Part shown: positions 61,326 to 64,000 of the stretch, one piece after another
How positions within the stretch are numbered: the stretch's first letter is position 1
Layout of the letters: each line of letters starts with the position of its first letter
Origin: Sphagnum compactum
Lineage: Eukaryota
Reading direction: 5' to 3'
Assembly (NCBI GenBank): GCA_965153455.1
Contig: OZ234494.1
Coordinates: 6,386,001-6,450,000 of the forward strand
DNA: 64,000 nucleotides
The notes under the pieces: model-generated
The model's input: only the letters and a program-made list of their open reading frames with translations
Databases searched by the model: none
Told to the model about the DNA's origin: nothing
Translations under genes and position numbers: made by a program

Positions 61326-62199
61326 AAGGTCGCTTGAATTTCTCTATAGAACCATTGACACCCTCTACCTATAAAATGAACACTATATAAATAGAGGATG
61401 ATAAGGGTGGCTTGAGTTTCTATAGAACCATTCACACTTTCTACTTGTAAAATGAACACAATTATAAATAGAGTATGCTTTTTTGGAATCCTTAGTTAAT
61501 CGTGCCATGTTAACACATCAATGAAACAAATCATCGACCTACTCATGCAAGCATTCAATGATTTGTATGGCAAAAAGAAAAAACACATTTCAAAGTGTCA
61601 ATCGCACTAAGAACAAGCATCAATCTTGCAAAATGTTGGACACTATGATTGGGGTCATATAAAAGCCCCAATTTCCCAAATAGATTTTAAGGATGGATGA
61701 TCTCATCGACAGAAACGAGACCTATCCCCATTTTTTTAAATGGGGAGAACAGCTTAGTGACAAATTAGAATTGGACATTTTTAAAAAACTTCCACCCATA
61801 ACCCAAATTTTTAAAAATTTGGAAGAAAGTTAAATCAAAAGAGATTAGTTGGTTAAAATCTAGGGTTGAGGGGGAAAAAATGCAAAAATAATATAGCTTG
61901 TGTGAAAACATCAAGAAAAGATCTCAAAAGTCATTAGAGTAGTTCTTACATCGCAAACAATCTGAGCCCAAGATTTTTTTAAAGAAAGAAAAGGTGGAAA
62001 ATGGAAAGCCAAATCAAATGCATAAAACCCTAATTCCATTTGAAAGAATGTAAAATTTAACATGAAGGAAAAACTAAATTAAGACAAACCAAAAAGGGAC
62101 CAGGCTTCGCACTTTTGGGGTTGGATTATTAATCCATCCAAGCTAATTAAGAAGCAAAATAATCAAAAGAATGTAAAACAATGAAGGCAAAGACGATGA

Positions 62200-63150
62200 T
62201 GTAAGTGTCGTTGGCCATGGAAGGGAATAAATAAAAAAGGAAAAGATTCATTAAACTATGTATGCTCAAATATGAACAAGGACCAAAAAAAAGGCCCATT
62301 TAGCGAATTGTTCTCACACATGCTAGTGGATAACAATCAAGCCTCTTTGAAAAGATGATGACTAAAAAAAAACAGGAGATGTCAGGCATAAAAAGAACAA
62401 ACAAAAAAAAGAGTTGTGACAATTGTCCATTCATCAAATGAAGTTTTTGGAAGATAACCATATGAAAAATTATGTTGAAAGCATTTGCAACATCTACTTA
62501 CAACACCATGCACTCAAGGTAAATATTTAAGGTCGTTCGAATGTTGTGCACCATTATTTCACACCTTCCTTCAATTGCAACATCAAACTAATGAAAAGAC
62601 AAATGAATCAAAAATGTATCATAAAAGGAAGAGCATGCTCACTAATCGAAACAACATTTCACCCATTGCCATTAGCCAAAAACTTTCAAAAGGTTTAGCC
62701 AACATTATTAACCTTGTTGCATTAAGGGCCCAAATTATGTTCCCAAAGATATAACTTATAACAACATAAAAACACATTAAAATCAATTAGAGAAAATCGT
62801 TGGTCAAATTTTCACAATCAAATGAATTTCAAAGGTGCTAAAAACCATGTTTAAAGACCCATTAATCAAAAGATGAAACAAGCGAATGAATGTAAACTTA
62901 AAAAATTCAAGGTCGAATCCAAGTTTATATTCAGTTAAAATTTCATCAAAGATTTAAGCATGGTGAAAATAAATCTAGGAAGTGAGGAGTCGCCAATGCA
63001 ATAACAATTTCCAATAATGTCAAGGTGGGGCAAGAGAAACGAAGGCTTTAACAACACATCCATATTCTCTAACACACCCCAAAGCTAAACTTTGTTTTGA
63101 AACAATGAAAAGGGGCATGGAGAAGAAAAGGAAGGTGTTTGGAAAGAGGT
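62200..63150 (-). mobile_element. Decayed non-LTR retrotransposon reverse-transcriptase remnant (CRE-like by motif)
   Basis: Minus-strand fragments RL..LAKP......A(M)GEMLFRLVS, (Q)FDVAI.GGCEIMVHNIRTTL and VL*VDVANAFN correspond to the LINE RT RPIA.GE / QFG..GG.E / D..NAFN motifs. Many stops. Confidence 0.7.
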
Positions 63151-64000
63151 GCCATCAAAAGGGAATTAGTTTGAAAGCAATGTCATAGCAAGGGTGTGTG
63201 TGTGATAAATGTTTAGCTTGAAACTCCTCCCAATTGCTTAAATTTTGTTATAAATGTATTATAGTTTTTCTATGGTCAACCACTCCCAAGGAGGAGACTT
63301 GTCACCACTATGAGAATAAGAAAAAAATGCCATGCAATTTGGGTTTTGGGCTAGGTGGTCCAATGGAAAATGGAAAATCAACTACACTTCTTGTTTCAAG
63401 GTAACATTGATGTGCAAAATATAAATGTGACCTAGGGAACCCAAGATGGAAAACATAAGGGGGTCAAGTTTTTAATATCTAAGCCCAAGTTGAACAAGGT
63501 TAGGAAGGGGCTTGAAGGGTAATTGAAGCAACCTCCTTGCCACCCAAAGGAAAGGCTTAAAATGCCTAGTAGTTCCTGTTTCAAAGCTTATGGATCTTGA
63601 CCAAGGTGTCATCAATTAACCCAATGCAACTCTAGAATTTTGGAAATTTTCTAACTTAAAGAGTCCTTTCTTAAATTGTGGGTGATTAGATTTCATTGGC
63701 CAATGCATTGTTGATGCAAGATGTAATAAACATTATGTAAGTGCGTACACTACTATTTACTTAGTTTCACATGAAGGTATCAAACATGGTTGTGTTGTTT
63801 TTCACGTACAAAATGAACCTTAAAAGGCATTGTGTAGGGTTCAACTTTGATGGAGGTTCAATAAGAATATGAACTTCAACTATAAATCTTGCATTGCTCA
63901 TGATTGTGAAGACCACAAGTGATGCCAAATTTTCAATAATGTTGGAGTTGATTGCATTTTTTGTAATGCATTTTGAACATTAACCTTAAAATTCGCAAAG

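Overview
This is eukaryotic, intron-rich land-plant nuclear DNA; the gene architecture and repeat landscape look bryophyte-like, possibly peat moss (inference). Six protein-coding genes can be spliced by hand: (1) a 5'-truncated FLOE/DUF1421 Q/P-rich protein (+, 526-3132); (2) a plastid pfkB-family kinase similar to NARA5 (-, 6086-9448); (3) a class III secretory peroxidase (+, 21961-23505); (4) an ALE2-like receptor kinase (+, 38063-41821); (5) a small secreted At4g14100-like protein (-, 42468-43948); (6) a 28-exon, 1205-aa cohesin SMC3 (-, 48743-58950). SMC3 has two U12-type introns (one AT-AC, one GT-AG) and two GC-AG introns. Intergenic DNA holds decayed transposons (pogo/DDE, hAT, a non-LTR RT), MITE-like foldbacks, a non-autonomous Helitron with intact ends just upstream of SMC3, and many short tandem duplications. 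I found no rRNA, tRNA or CRISPR array and cannot support a wholly new multi-gene system. The best leads are the unusual splicing of SMC3, a loop-less 138-bp CACTA palindrome nested in a transposase, the Helitron at the SMC3 promoter, a repeat expansion in the FLOE prion-like domain, and the uncharacterised secreted protein.
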